In this document: positions 1-8,505 of the stretch, in pieces
Position numbering within the stretch: position 1 is the first letter of the stretch
Layout: each line of letters begins with the position of its first letter
NCBI GenBank assembly: GCA_050250255.1
Contig: JBFWOZ010000026.1
Location: 1-40,511, forward strand
Source: Bdellovibrionales bacterium
GTDB taxonomy: Bacteria; Bdellovibrionota; Bdellovibrionia; Bdellovibrionales; DASUEL01
Direction: 5' to 3'
DNA length: 40,511 bases
Program-made: the position numbers and the translations under genes
The notes under the pieces: model-generated
Told to the model about the DNA's origin: nothing
The model's database searches: none
What the model saw: the letters and a program-made list of their open reading frames with translations, nothing else

Positions 1-62
1 GCCAACCGAACGGCCTGACTTTTAAAGTCATCAGAATATTTCGAGTAAGACCTAAGTGCCAT
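1..62 (-). CDS. IS3-family transposase OrfA, N-terminal fragment (truncated by the window edge)
   Basis: Hand translation gives MALRSYSKYSDDFKSQAVRL, matching the 'YSxEFKxxAVxL' HTH_Tnp_1 start. Not in the ORF track because it is truncated. Confidence 0.85.
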   Translation of the reverse strand, partial: MALRSYSKYSDDFKSQAVRL

Positions 63-126
63 AAAATTCTCCCTTTTCTTGGCTAGTTTTTCTTAAAAAC
101 GTGTCCATCCAAAGGGGGGAAGATCA
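1..126 (-). mobile_element. Left end of an IS3-family insertion sequence (continues beyond the window start)
   Basis: Minus strand from 126 reads TGATCTTCCCCCCTTTGGATGGACAC, matching the IS3-type terminal IR pattern (TGATCTT...GGACAC). It is followed by a GGGAG SD and an OrfA-like start. Confidence 0.85.
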
Positions 127-536
127 AATGAAAAATAAAACCTATTTAAAGAAATTTAAAAGGCCATGAATAAACACAAAATAATATTTTACTTTTTCAA
201 ACTTTATTATCAATTGTGCTTGTCGAACGTAAGATTAAGCAGAAGAATAATCGGTCAAATTATTTTAATAATTAATGCAGCGAATTCTCCATAGAACTTT
301 TGAAAGCTTGTCCCAAAGGAACTTAAAAAAAGTGAGACTCATAACTATACACATCCACTCCGTAGCGGAGGCAGTCATGCATCAAATTTATTCGTACATA
401 AAACCTGACGCAAAGCTGGACAAAAAGTCGACGGGCACCTTTTAAAAGGTTAGCGCATTCATGGCCAAGGACGTGATCTCATCACCAGTGTATTAAACTG
501 CGCCCCTGAAGGGATAATCATTGCTACTCTCGACGT

Positions 537-1691
537 TTATGGCATACCTTTTCGCGGGAGCCCTATAAAGCCGGATTGAGAAAGCACGTCACCAGTCTTG
601 GCGTCGATTACTAAATTTCGGCTAAACATGATGGATTGGACTCTATCCCAGCCGCTGACCAAGATATTCAGTTTTCCGTCCTTGAGCAAGGGACAATATT
701 CCCGAAGCACCATGCTCATGTTTACGCAGTTATCTGAGATTGCACCACCTTTAAACTGATACTTCCAAAAAGGTTTTCCAGACTGAGAGGATATTGCAGT
801 TACCCAGCTTTCATTTTCACCAGGAAGAAAAAGAACATCTCCACTGACTATGAACATTGTATTGAGCCAATTGGGCTTTTCCCACAGCACGACTCCTGTA
901 TTTATATTTAATGCGCGTATCCCCCCTTCATGTCCACTACTCCATCCTAAAATAAGAGTATCTTTGATTCGGGCTGCTCGAACTATCCACGTAGATATGA
1001 CTTCGCGATCACGCTCGAGGCCATTATATTCTGTACGCCAAAGTGCCTTTCCTGTATTGACGTCAACCGAAGAAATAAAAGCAGATGTCTTTTCTCTTTC
1101 GGGTAAATTTGAATATGCGCCAGGGGCTTCCTTTGAAATTTCAAAATGGATAAGCCGGTCACCAAAGCGGATAGGAAAATAGGCTCGATTATTATTCAAA
1201 TGGACTAATTCAGCATAATAGTTTTTATTAGTGATCAAGGCTTCTTCGTTAGTGGCGTTGAAAAATTTTGGATCCTCGAAATCGACTTCGGCCCTTTCAC
1301 ACTTTGGAAGATTCTTTAAGATAAAAGATCTAGCATAGCCTCCACAAGCAATATAATCCGAACTCATTGCATTCACGCAACCAACATTTGAATAGGAGCC
1401 ACTAGCAAGCATTTTTTTTGATTCAGAAAGAAGTTGGGCATCTACGCTACAAGAAATGCGTTGTCCGATCTGCGCGCCATCACATTTGCCACCAAGAAGT
1501 TTAGTTTCATATTTTAATATAACAGTGTTGTTTTGATTCACTGGACTGATGTCATAACCGTGATGAAACAAAGCCATTTGAACATCAGAACTTTCGGGCA
1601 TAGAAGCATTGGAATCTATATTGACTGTGCAAATTGCCAACACGTTTGAACTATAAATAATGATCAATGCAATTAAAGACAATAGCTTCAT
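537..1691 (-). CDS. Secreted protein: Cys-rich N-terminal domain plus PQQ-like (BamB-type) beta-propeller repeats
   Basis: Signal peptide MKLLSLIALIIIYSSNVLA; repeats VDVNTGKALW, ALNINTGVVLW, AISSQSGKPFW, IDAKTGDVL; GGAG SD. Confidence 0.7.
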   Translation of the reverse strand: MKLLSLIALIIIYSSNVLAICTVNIDSNASMPESSDVQMALFHHGYDISPVNQNNTVILKYETKLLGGKCDGAQIGQRISCSVDAQLLSESKKMLASGSYSNVGCVNAMSSDYIACGGYARSFILKNLPKCERAEVDFEDPKFFNATNEEALITNKNYYAELVHLNNNRAYFPIRFGDRLIHFEISKEAPGAYSNLPEREKTSAFISSVDVNTGKALWRTEYNGLERDREVISTWIVRAARIKDTLILGWSSGHEGGIRALNINTGVVLWEKPNWLNTMFIVSGDVLFLPGENESWVTAISSQSGKPFWKYQFKGGAISDNCVNMSMVLREYCPLLKDGKLNILVSGWDRVQSIMFSRNLVIDAKTGDVLSQSGFIGLPRKGMP

Positions 1692-2036
1692 TTGATCTCC
1701 TAAGCGTTCAGTGGAACTTACATTTATTAATCGGCGTTGAGTAACGTTACAATCTCTTACACTTATGTTGTTAAAAGTAATCCATACAGACTCGTTTTAT
1801 TTCGATTTGACGGGTACTTCGCTGGCGATATCGGAAGTCGGTACTGATTACGATGTCATCAAGACAGCTGCCTTGAAAGGGTTGTTGGCGCCCCAAACCC
1901 GATCACATGATCGGAAAGGCAACACCCCGACCAGCGAGTTACTTTAGGCTAATGTTTTGTTCAAAAAGAAAAAATGCCCGGGATACGAGCGTTCTTTGTT
2001 AGAAACTTCGAATCGAATCTTAGTGTGATGATCACT

Positions 2037-2981
2037 TCAGTGTGACACTGATATTTCAACACCTAAATTGAATCGTTTTTGCTCACCTACTTCAAGTGAC
2101 TGAGTAGGGATAAAACGCAAATTAACATGGTTAATAGTTTTAGTAATAAGGCCATGGAAGTTGGGCATTTGAGAGTAGTCTTTTCTTTCATACTTCGTTG
2201 TATCTTGATCTATAGAATTTAAAAGAACCGTCTTTTGGATGCCAAGTACAGAATCTGATGAATTGAAGCCGTCTTCAAGAATCCTGTCTCTATAAGAGGT
2301 GTAACTATCTCTCATTTCTGCTCGCCGCTTTCGTTCAGAGTACTCTGCTTCGCTTTCATAAGCTTTTCTTACATGATCTCCAAGTGGCATATTCATCGAA
2401 ATATACAAATTACGTGATTTTAAAACGGAATTATTGAATGTTTGAATTTCGAGTTCGACATATTCAAGTCCTATGGCATGGACATGATATCTTGTCTTAA
2501 CACCCACGATTTCTTCGTTCGCAGATGACTTAATTAAGCTGATGATTTCATCAGCTATTCTGAGGCCTGAAATAGCTTTTAAAATTTCAATTGTATCTTG
2601 ACGATCAGGAGCGGGGTTCATTAAAGCCTTCTCGGCCCCCGCTACAATTTTTGAATACGATGAGAAATCTCGATCATAATGTTGATGAACTGTTTTGATA
2701 CAATTCGTGTCTGTCCCACACTCATTAATATGTCTGTTTTTCCAATTTGAAAGTTCGCTTAGTTTATTCTGAAACTCTTTAATTTCCTTAGTTTTTTCAA
2801 GTACAAATTCTCTCATTACGATTGCGTCTATTTCTTTTACCTTGCTCTGCGCTTCGCCCAAGTTCAATGGTTGAAATTTGGGGAGAATAAACATCCATTT
2901 TTGGAAACTCGTATCTCCATGTTTTAAAGCTAAAGCCGGTAATGAAGTACAAATCAAAAGCAATATTACTAATATACGCAT
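2037..2981 (-). CDS. Secreted hypothetical protein
   Basis: The ORF track starts at 3032, but ATG 2981 has a GAGG SD and a clean signal peptide (MRILVILLLICTSLPALA). AT-rich. Confidence 0.7.
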   Translation of the reverse strand: MRILVILLLICTSLPALALKHGDTSFQKWMFILPKFQPLNLGEAQSKVKEIDAIVMREFVLEKTKEIKEFQNKLSELSNWKNRHINECGTDTNCIKTVHQHYDRDFSSYSKIVAGAEKALMNPAPDRQDTIEILKAISGLRIADEIISLIKSSANEEIVGVKTRYHVHAIGLEYVELEIQTFNNSVLKSRNLYISMNMPLGDHVRKAYESEAEYSERKRRAEMRDSYTSYRDRILEDGFNSSDSVLGIQKTVLLNSIDQDTTKYERKDYSQMPNFHGLITKTINHVNLRFIPTQSLEVGEQKRFNLGVEISVSH

Positions 2982-3171
2982 AATAACCTCGTTTATGTGT
3001 GGTACAAAAAGCAAACCGAAAGCCATCCTCACCTCGAATATAACGTTGAAACTTGTAAAGACTGTGTAGTTTTATCAAATTGGGTGACCAAAATGGGAAT
3101 GTTATAGGTGCACCGAAACGATCGGAAAGGCGCTAAATATCGGAGCTCCGGCAAAGAGTAGACAACCAGAA

Positions 3172-4971
3172 TTATTCTGAAATTCTTAAGCCATGATCCC
3201 AAGCAGATTCATCAAAGTGCACGACATCTGGATGATTAAAAAGAAGCCCCTCAACCACTCCCAGACTCATCCAGCGGTGCGCGAATTCAAGCAACATCTG
3301 AAGCATGCGTCCCTTATCGCTCATGCCACCTTCTTTATGCTGAATCATCAACTCATTCACTTTCATGAAAGAGTGGCGTTCTTCAAAAAAGCGGTAAGCT
3401 TTTGCTTCGGCTCGACTGATCATCAAATGATGAATCTGATCTTCATTACGATAAAGTAGAAAATATTTTTTTTCTTGTTTTCCTAACGGCGAAGGTTTTC
3501 CCTTCGCAAAGCCCTTCCAGAGCTTTCCGATATCAAATTCCACTTCGACGATGCGAGAGTGACCATTAAAGTTCACTCCCACTTTTTCCAAAAGTGCGTC
3601 ATTGATTTCAGAAAGAGCCGAGGGTTCAACACTTCCGCGAAGTGGCGTGGTCTCAAGTTCAAGCCTCGCCCATTCAAACTTTGCCACATCAGCAAGAACT
3701 TCCATAGGTACGGGCAACCCTTGCAGTGATTGCGCCTCTCTTAAAAAGTCTTCTAAATGTTCACCCACACAAAGTGGATTTGCATTTTCTGGTGGGAACT
3801 CACTCAAATACTGTACAAGTAATCGATCAAATCCGGCTCCCGCACTGGTCACAAGAAGTGGAAACTGTTTTCTTAGGCAATTTCTTAACTGCACAAAGTA
3901 TTGTGTGTTGTAAATGGCAAGACCAACATCGGCAGTGAGGGGAGCTTGATCCACAAAATGTTTTAAAAGCTCTGGTGTCGCCGAACTCATCCGACTGACT
4001 CGATCTAACAATCGATCTTGATAATTTTCGTAGTCGATTTGATCTTGCGTTTTTTCAAGTTCCTTCATCGGCACAAAGTGAGGTCGCTGATAGTCTTCGT
4101 GAGAAGAGGCCATCATTGACGGCATGGATGGCAAAGGTGGCAACTGAAAACTCTTGAGCGATTGCTTTAGCTCTTGCACCACGGCCCATCTGGAAGTGAC
4201 ATCTAAAATCACATCCGCTCCGTTACGGAGTAACACTTGATCCGCAAATGCCGCAAACTCAGGCGCTACCGCATGTTCGCTAGAAGGAAGAAAAAATTCC
4301 CCCTGTTGCTGCTGGCCCTGCACCCGGATCAACCGAGGTTGAAGTTTTAAATAATGATTTGCGATCCCTTGAGGATCTTGGCTTAAATTTTTTGCTTTTG
4401 ACCAAATCGCCGTTAAATTGAGCGAGAACTCACAGCCGGTCACTCTCATGATTTCCGAGAAGAAATCCCACTCTTCAATCACACTCTGCCGAGACGCTAC
4501 CAAACTCATCGCATTTTCAATTGCAACACTGCGACCTAATAATTCCTGAAGCCTGAAAACGCGCTCGATGACATGCTCTAACACTTCTTCGTTAAATATA
4601 GGTGGAAGAGAAAGATAGGTTTCGTGATTTTTATGTTTCGACCAACTAACCTGCTCGACAAAATAGAGAGGATTGTAAGTTTTCAAAACCCCACGCAGAG
4701 ATTTTAAACTTACAAAATCAAGTTCATCCGTGCCCGCAAGATTCATCGTTTGGCTGCGAACAGCGAGGAACGTCGCCTTCTGAAGTTGCGCTAACCGCTC
4801 ACTCTCCTGCCAATGAGGCGCGAGTAACGAGCGAGCCGATAATTCCATCCAATGTGCTTTTGTTGCTTGGGCCATTTCAAGCGCTGGAGTCAGACTCTCA
4901 AGACCTATCGTGGTCAAGACGTCTGGTGACCAGGCTATTCCATGCCTTCGCGACACACTCCCTCTATCCAT
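3172..4971 (-). CDS. Fusion of a degenerate DUF692 (MNIO) domain and a DUF2063 (HvfC/BufC-type partner) domain
   Basis: N-half follows the MNIO scaffold (GTDELDF, LPPIFNEEVLEHVIERVFRLQELLGRSVAIEN, EWDFFSEIMRVTGC). C-half has the DUF2063 pattern (GLAIYNTQY..LRKQFP..F..L..YL..FPP...G..L.DFL...LADVAKFEWA). GGAGG SD. Confidence 0.85.
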   Translation of the reverse strand: MDRGSVSRRHGIAWSPDVLTTIGLESLTPALEMAQATKAHWMELSARSLLAPHWQESERLAQLQKATFLAVRSQTMNLAGTDELDFVSLKSLRGVLKTYNPLYFVEQVSWSKHKNHETYLSLPPIFNEEVLEHVIERVFRLQELLGRSVAIENAMSLVASRQSVIEEWDFFSEIMRVTGCEFSLNLTAIWSKAKNLSQDPQGIANHYLKLQPRLIRVQGQQQQGEFFLPSSEHAVAPEFAAFADQVLLRNGADVILDVTSRWAVVQELKQSLKSFQLPPLPSMPSMMASSHEDYQRPHFVPMKELEKTQDQIDYENYQDRLLDRVSRMSSATPELLKHFVDQAPLTADVGLAIYNTQYFVQLRNCLRKQFPLLVTSAGAGFDRLLVQYLSEFPPENANPLCVGEHLEDFLREAQSLQGLPVPMEVLADVAKFEWARLELETTPLRGSVEPSALSEINDALLEKVGVNFNGHSRIVEVEFDIGKLWKGFAKGKPSPLGKQEKKYFLLYRNEDQIHHLMISRAEAKAYRFFEERHSFMKVNELMIQHKEGGMSDKGRMLQMLLEFAHRWMSLGVVEGLLFNHPDVVHFDESAWDHGLRISE

Positions 4972-4993
4972 GGAAGTTGTCCCTCCTACAGTG

Positions 4994-5023
4994 ATCTTAG
5001 TAAGAGAAAGTTTTATATTTCAA
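4994..5023 (-). promoter_or_regulatory. Putative sigma70 promoter of the DUF692-DUF2063 gene
   Basis: TTGAAA-N18-TAAGAT on the minus strand. A GCCGC-AAT-GCGGC hairpin (5035-5047) separates it from the upstream gene. Confidence 0.4.
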
Positions 5024-5060
5024 ATTTTAAATGAGCCGCAATGCGGCGAGAGCCACTTGA

Positions 5061-5801
5061 TTAAAACTCGTCGTCAGAGCCTGAACCGCCGCCTTCACTA
5101 CTCGTCACTCCACGAACTTCGTCGATGTAGCTACGAGCATCGTCTTCAAATTCACCCTCTTCACTGCTACCATCAATTTCTAATTCTTGAATTGCCGTGA
5201 TGAAGTCTTTCTCTGAATTGAGGTCTTTGCGAATCATTTCAAGGTACTTATCAGGATAACGAGCGGTTAACTCTTCGATGTAACGATCGAGTTTATCACC
5301 CGCCAAAATTTTCTTACGAAGTTGAATGCGTTTCCAGTGAGCCAAGTAGTGGTAACGACAATACCCGTCGCTTGTTGAAACTTCATCACACTCGGAAACT
5401 TTGCAATAGCGCATGCCATCGGCGTTCGTCAAAATGACTTCTTTTTCCACCACTTCCAAAACTGGTAAAGCTGGGGCTTTTGCTGCTTTCGGTGACGCCG
5501 TTTCCGCTTTGACTTTTTTCTCTACGACCTTCTTTTCGGGAGCCGCCACCTTAGGAGCTTTTGCAACCTTCGCGGCGGCTGGTGCCACCTTCGTAGACAG
5601 AGGCTTCGCGGCCTTAGGAGCTGGTTTTTTTGCGGCCGCTTTCGCAGGCATGAGCTTCTTCACAAGCTTTGCGGCTGCTTTAGCGACAACTTTAGCCGCT
5701 TTTTTTACGGGTTTAGGCGCAGCTACTTTTTTAGCCGGCTTTGCTTTAGGAGCTGGTTTCGAAGCCTTCGATTTGACTTTGGACTTTGCGTTTTTTGCCA
5801 T
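5061..5801 (-). CDS. Histone H1-like K/A/P-rich protein with C-terminal Cys3-His Zn motif and acidic tail
   Basis: Likely start MAKNAKSK at 5801; about 100 aa of KPAKKVAAPK-type low complexity; YCKVSECDEVSTSDGYCRYHY; D/E-rich end. Confidence 0.85.
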   Translation of the reverse strand: MAKNAKSKVKSKASKPAPKAKPAKKVAAPKPVKKAAKVVAKAAAKLVKKLMPAKAAAKKPAPKAAKPLSTKVAPAAAKVAKAPKVAAPEKKVVEKKVKAETASPKAAKAPALPVLEVVEKEVILTNADGMRYCKVSECDEVSTSDGYCRYHYLAHWKRIQLRKKILAGDKLDRYIEELTARYPDKYLEMIRKDLNSEKDFITAIQELEIDGSSEEGEFEDDARSYIDEVRGVTSSEGGGSGSDDEF

Positions 5802-5807
5802 GGGCTG

Positions 5808-5837
5808 ACTATAGAACTCATCCCAAAAAATAGTCAA
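5808..5837 (-). promoter_or_regulatory. Sigma70 promoter for a probably leaderless transcript
   Basis: TTGACT-N18-TATAGT-N6-ATG(5801), no SD. Confidence 0.6.
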
Positions 5838-5841
5838 CCAA

Positions 5842-6816
5842 TTACAGTGGACGTAATCGCAGCTCTCCCTCTTGAGAACGCACAAAAATAGAACTGACCT
5901 TGGACCCTGGAATCTGACCCTTCATAACTCGGTAATTTTCTTCACGCTCTACTTTCAAGGCAAAAGACGAGGCCACTTGCCCCTTCGCGCTTGCCACATC
6001 AACCCGAGCCCCCACGCCCTTTTGGAGGGCTAAATTGACTCTCGCATCTTCACTCCGGATACGCACATCAACAGCACCTTTCAATCGGCCTTCAATCACT
6101 CCAGCCGCCGTTTTTCCATGCACGGCCCCACCACTTAAGCTGAAATTGATTTCGCCTTTTTGATTTTCAAACTCGAAGTTCCCTTGAAGGTTATCCACAA
6201 AGTTTTTTCCCGAAACCGACTTCAAATTTAAATCTCCGACACAGTCGAGAACTTGCAAACGCCCTTCAAAATTTTCTACGCGAATGGGGCCCTCTACCTT
6301 TTTTAAATTCAAACGAGCCGTGTAGTTATCAACATCAATACGTCCTGCATGTCTTTGCACTTCAATATCACCGTCGTGAACATTTAAAGTCAGTCGCTCG
6401 CGACCGTCTTCAACCTTCACCTTTCCCTGTTGATGAGAAAGCTGCACCGTTTGTGTCCACCCCTTTACGGTCACATCGCCCTCTCCCCAAGCAATCACGA
6501 GCGGGAGGGATTGAGAGCGAATTTCAAAATCTTGACGAGGAATAGTGGCCGTGCGCCAATCTTGTTTGTTGCTAGGACCAACCACTCGAATCTCGAGCCA
6601 CCCATCAGTCACCGTCACTTGCGGCGCCCATATACCTTCTGCTGACTTTGCGAGATTTTTAAAACGCACCCGATCAGCTTTCGGGTCGGCAAACACCGTT
6701 AACCGGCCTTTATAACCTACGATTCTTAGCCCTTTGAGCTCAGAAACTAAAGGTTCCGTCTGAGCTTTGGATTGAAAGGAAAATAAAAACGCGAGCGTAA
6801 TAAGTGTGATTTTCAT
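5842..6816 (-). CDS. Secreted DUF4097-family beta-strand-repeat (adhesin-like) protein
   Basis: Signal peptide followed by many 'G.V.V....G.L.L....G' repeats. Confidence 0.75.
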   Translation of the reverse strand: MKITLITLAFLFSFQSKAQTEPLVSELKGLRIVGYKGRLTVFADPKADRVRFKNLAKSAEGIWAPQVTVTDGWLEIRVVGPSNKQDWRTATIPRQDFEIRSQSLPLVIAWGEGDVTVKGWTQTVQLSHQQGKVKVEDGRERLTLNVHDGDIEVQRHAGRIDVDNYTARLNLKKVEGPIRVENFEGRLQVLDCVGDLNLKSVSGKNFVDNLQGNFEFENQKGEINFSLSGGAVHGKTAAGVIEGRLKGAVDVRIRSEDARVNLALQKGVGARVDVASAKGQVASSFALKVEREENYRVMKGQIPGSKVSSIFVRSQEGELRLRPL

Positions 6817-6837
6817 GTTCTTTAGAATGGTACGAAA

Positions 6838-7236
6838 CTAGGCTCTACGCAAATGTTTTGAAGACGTAGAACGTAATTGACGGCGGTAGTCTGCAATACG
6901 CAACATCGCGATACGTAGGCATTGGTAAACGAGTGGACTGCTAGAAGAAGCTCCGTTTTCTTTTAAGTCTTGAAGAACGTCGTCGACCACAATGACATAA
7001 CCCGCTGTGTTTTTACCCAGCTCGGATTTCGACACGATACAAAAACCCGACGGATTTTCGGCAGAGCCGTGACGCAGATCAAAATAAGGTTTGTGTAATA
7101 CTTTTGCGAGCATGGGTCCTAAAACGAAATTGGGCCCTGAAGACTCCACCACGATCACACGGTGCATTTGAGAAACTTCCATATGAGGTCGGATCCAACG
7201 GGTAACGGCTTCAATCATCGCGTGAACCATGTTCAC
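6838..7236 (-). CDS. Hypothetical protein (weak resemblance to a P-loop kinase N-terminus, without Walker A)
   Basis: 132-aa ORF with GGAGG upstream of ATG 7230; segment LGPMLAKVLHKPYFDL. Confidence 0.6.
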   Translation of the reverse strand: MNMVHAMIEAVTRWIRPHMEVSQMHRVIVVESSGPNFVLGPMLAKVLHKPYFDLRHGSAENPSGFCIVSKSELGKNTAGYVIVVDDVLQDLKENGASSSSPLVYQCLRIAMLRIADYRRQLRSTSSKHLRRA

Positions 7237-7325
7237 CTCCTCACTCTTAAAAGCTACCAGAAAATGAGTGACGATAAAATTCTCATTCGCTAGTCTTCAA
7301 AGTTCTAAACTTTTGGAGGTATCTT

Positions 7326-8495
7326 ATGGTCGTCATCGTTTCTGCAACACGCACCCCGGTTGGAAGTTTTCAAGGCGCGTTTTCTCAAGCTCCTGCCCCC
7401 GAACTCGGTGCTCACGCCATAAAAAATGCGCTCAAAAAAATAGAGCTCGATCCTAAGCAAGTTGAAGCCTGTCTCATGGGACAAGTACTAACGGCAGGTG
7501 TTGGACAAGCTCCCGCACGACAAGCCGCTCTCAAAGCAGGTCTACTGAATTCCACAGATTGTCTCACAATCAACAAAGTGTGTAGCTCCGGACTTAAGGC
7601 GGTCATGATGGGGGCCGATCTCATCCAACTCGGTCGTCATCAAGTAGTTGTTGCTGGCGGTCAAGAGAACATGACGCTCGCTCCACATTTGATGGAAAAT
7701 TCTCGTTCAGGCTATCGCCTTGGCCCCGTGCAGATGGCTGACAGCGTGGTGAAGGATGGTCTCTGGGATCCTTACCATAATTTCCATATGGGAAAAGCCG
7801 GAGAACTCTGCGCAAAAGAATATCAAGTTACTCGAGAAGCCCAAGATGCCTTTGCAATCGACAGTTACAAAAAGGCGCAAAAAGCCATTGTCGACGGAAA
7901 TTTTAAAAATGAAATTTCGCCGATCGAATTAAAGGCTGGCAAAGAGGCTGTGACTGTCAGCACAGATGAAGAACCGGGCAAGGCCCGTTTTGATAAAATG
8001 GGTTCCTTAAAGCCGGTCTTTGATGCTGCAGGAACCATTACGGCGGCGAACGCGAGTAAATTGAATGATGGTGCAGCAGCACTCGTATTGATGAGTGAGG
8101 AGAAAGCCAAATCTCTTGGTCTTAAACCTCTTGCCCGCATCGTTTCGCAAGGTACTTTCTCTCACGCTCCTGAATGGTTTACGACAGCTCCTGTCGGTGC
8201 GGTAAAAAAGGCTCTTGATTCTGCGGGACTTAAATCTTCTCAGATGGACCTTTGCGAAATCAATGAAGCGTTCAGCGTGGTCACGATGGTCGCGATGAAA
8301 GAATTAGGATTGAGCGCCGACCGTGTGAACGTGAATGGCGGAGCTGTTGCGATTGGACATCCCATTGGCGCAAGTGGAGCTCGTATTTTGACAACTTTGA
8401 TTCATGCCCTACATGCAAGAAACGGCCGTTACGGATTAGCGTCTCTTTGCAACGGTGGCGGTGAAGCAACCGCGCTCATTATCGAAAAACTTTAG
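7326..8495 (+). CDS. atoB: Acetyl-CoA C-acetyltransferase (thiolase)
   Basis: TINKVCSSG (catalytic Cys), NEAF, GHPIGASG and LCNGGG motifs. Confidence 0.95.
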   Translation: MVVIVSATRTPVGSFQGAFSQAPAPELGAHAIKNALKKIELDPKQVEACLMGQVLTAGVGQAPARQAALKAGLLNSTDCLTINKVCSSGLKAVMMGADLIQLGRHQVVVAGGQENMTLAPHLMENSRSGYRLGPVQMADSVVKDGLWDPYHNFHMGKAGELCAKEYQVTREAQDAFAIDSYKKAQKAIVDGNFKNEISPIELKAGKEAVTVSTDEEPGKARFDKMGSLKPVFDAAGTITAANASKLNDGAAALVLMSEEKAKSLGLKPLARIVSQGTFSHAPEWFTTAPVGAVKKALDSAGLKSSQMDLCEINEAFSVVTMVAMKELGLSADRVNVNGGAVAIGHPIGASGARILTTLIHALHARNGRYGLASLCNGGGEATALIIEKL

Positions 8496-8505
8496 AGGAT
8501 TTTTT

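Noticed and set aside
395..440. GACGCAAAGC, a core c-di-GMP-I riboswitch word
   Set aside because: The upstream GGCAAA/GAAA-tetraloop stem and the downstream P3 elements are absent.
1844..1878. Hammerhead-like CTGATTA...GAAA
   Set aside because: The core should be CTGANGA, and the required stems do not form around it.
3036..3108. attC-like ends CTATAAC...GTTATAT on the minus strand
   Set aside because: No L-box complementarity inside, no integrase, and no matching site after the next gene.
5413..5808. 131-aa Ala/Phe-rich plus-strand ORF
   Set aside because: Antisense shadow of the low-complexity K/A/P gene.
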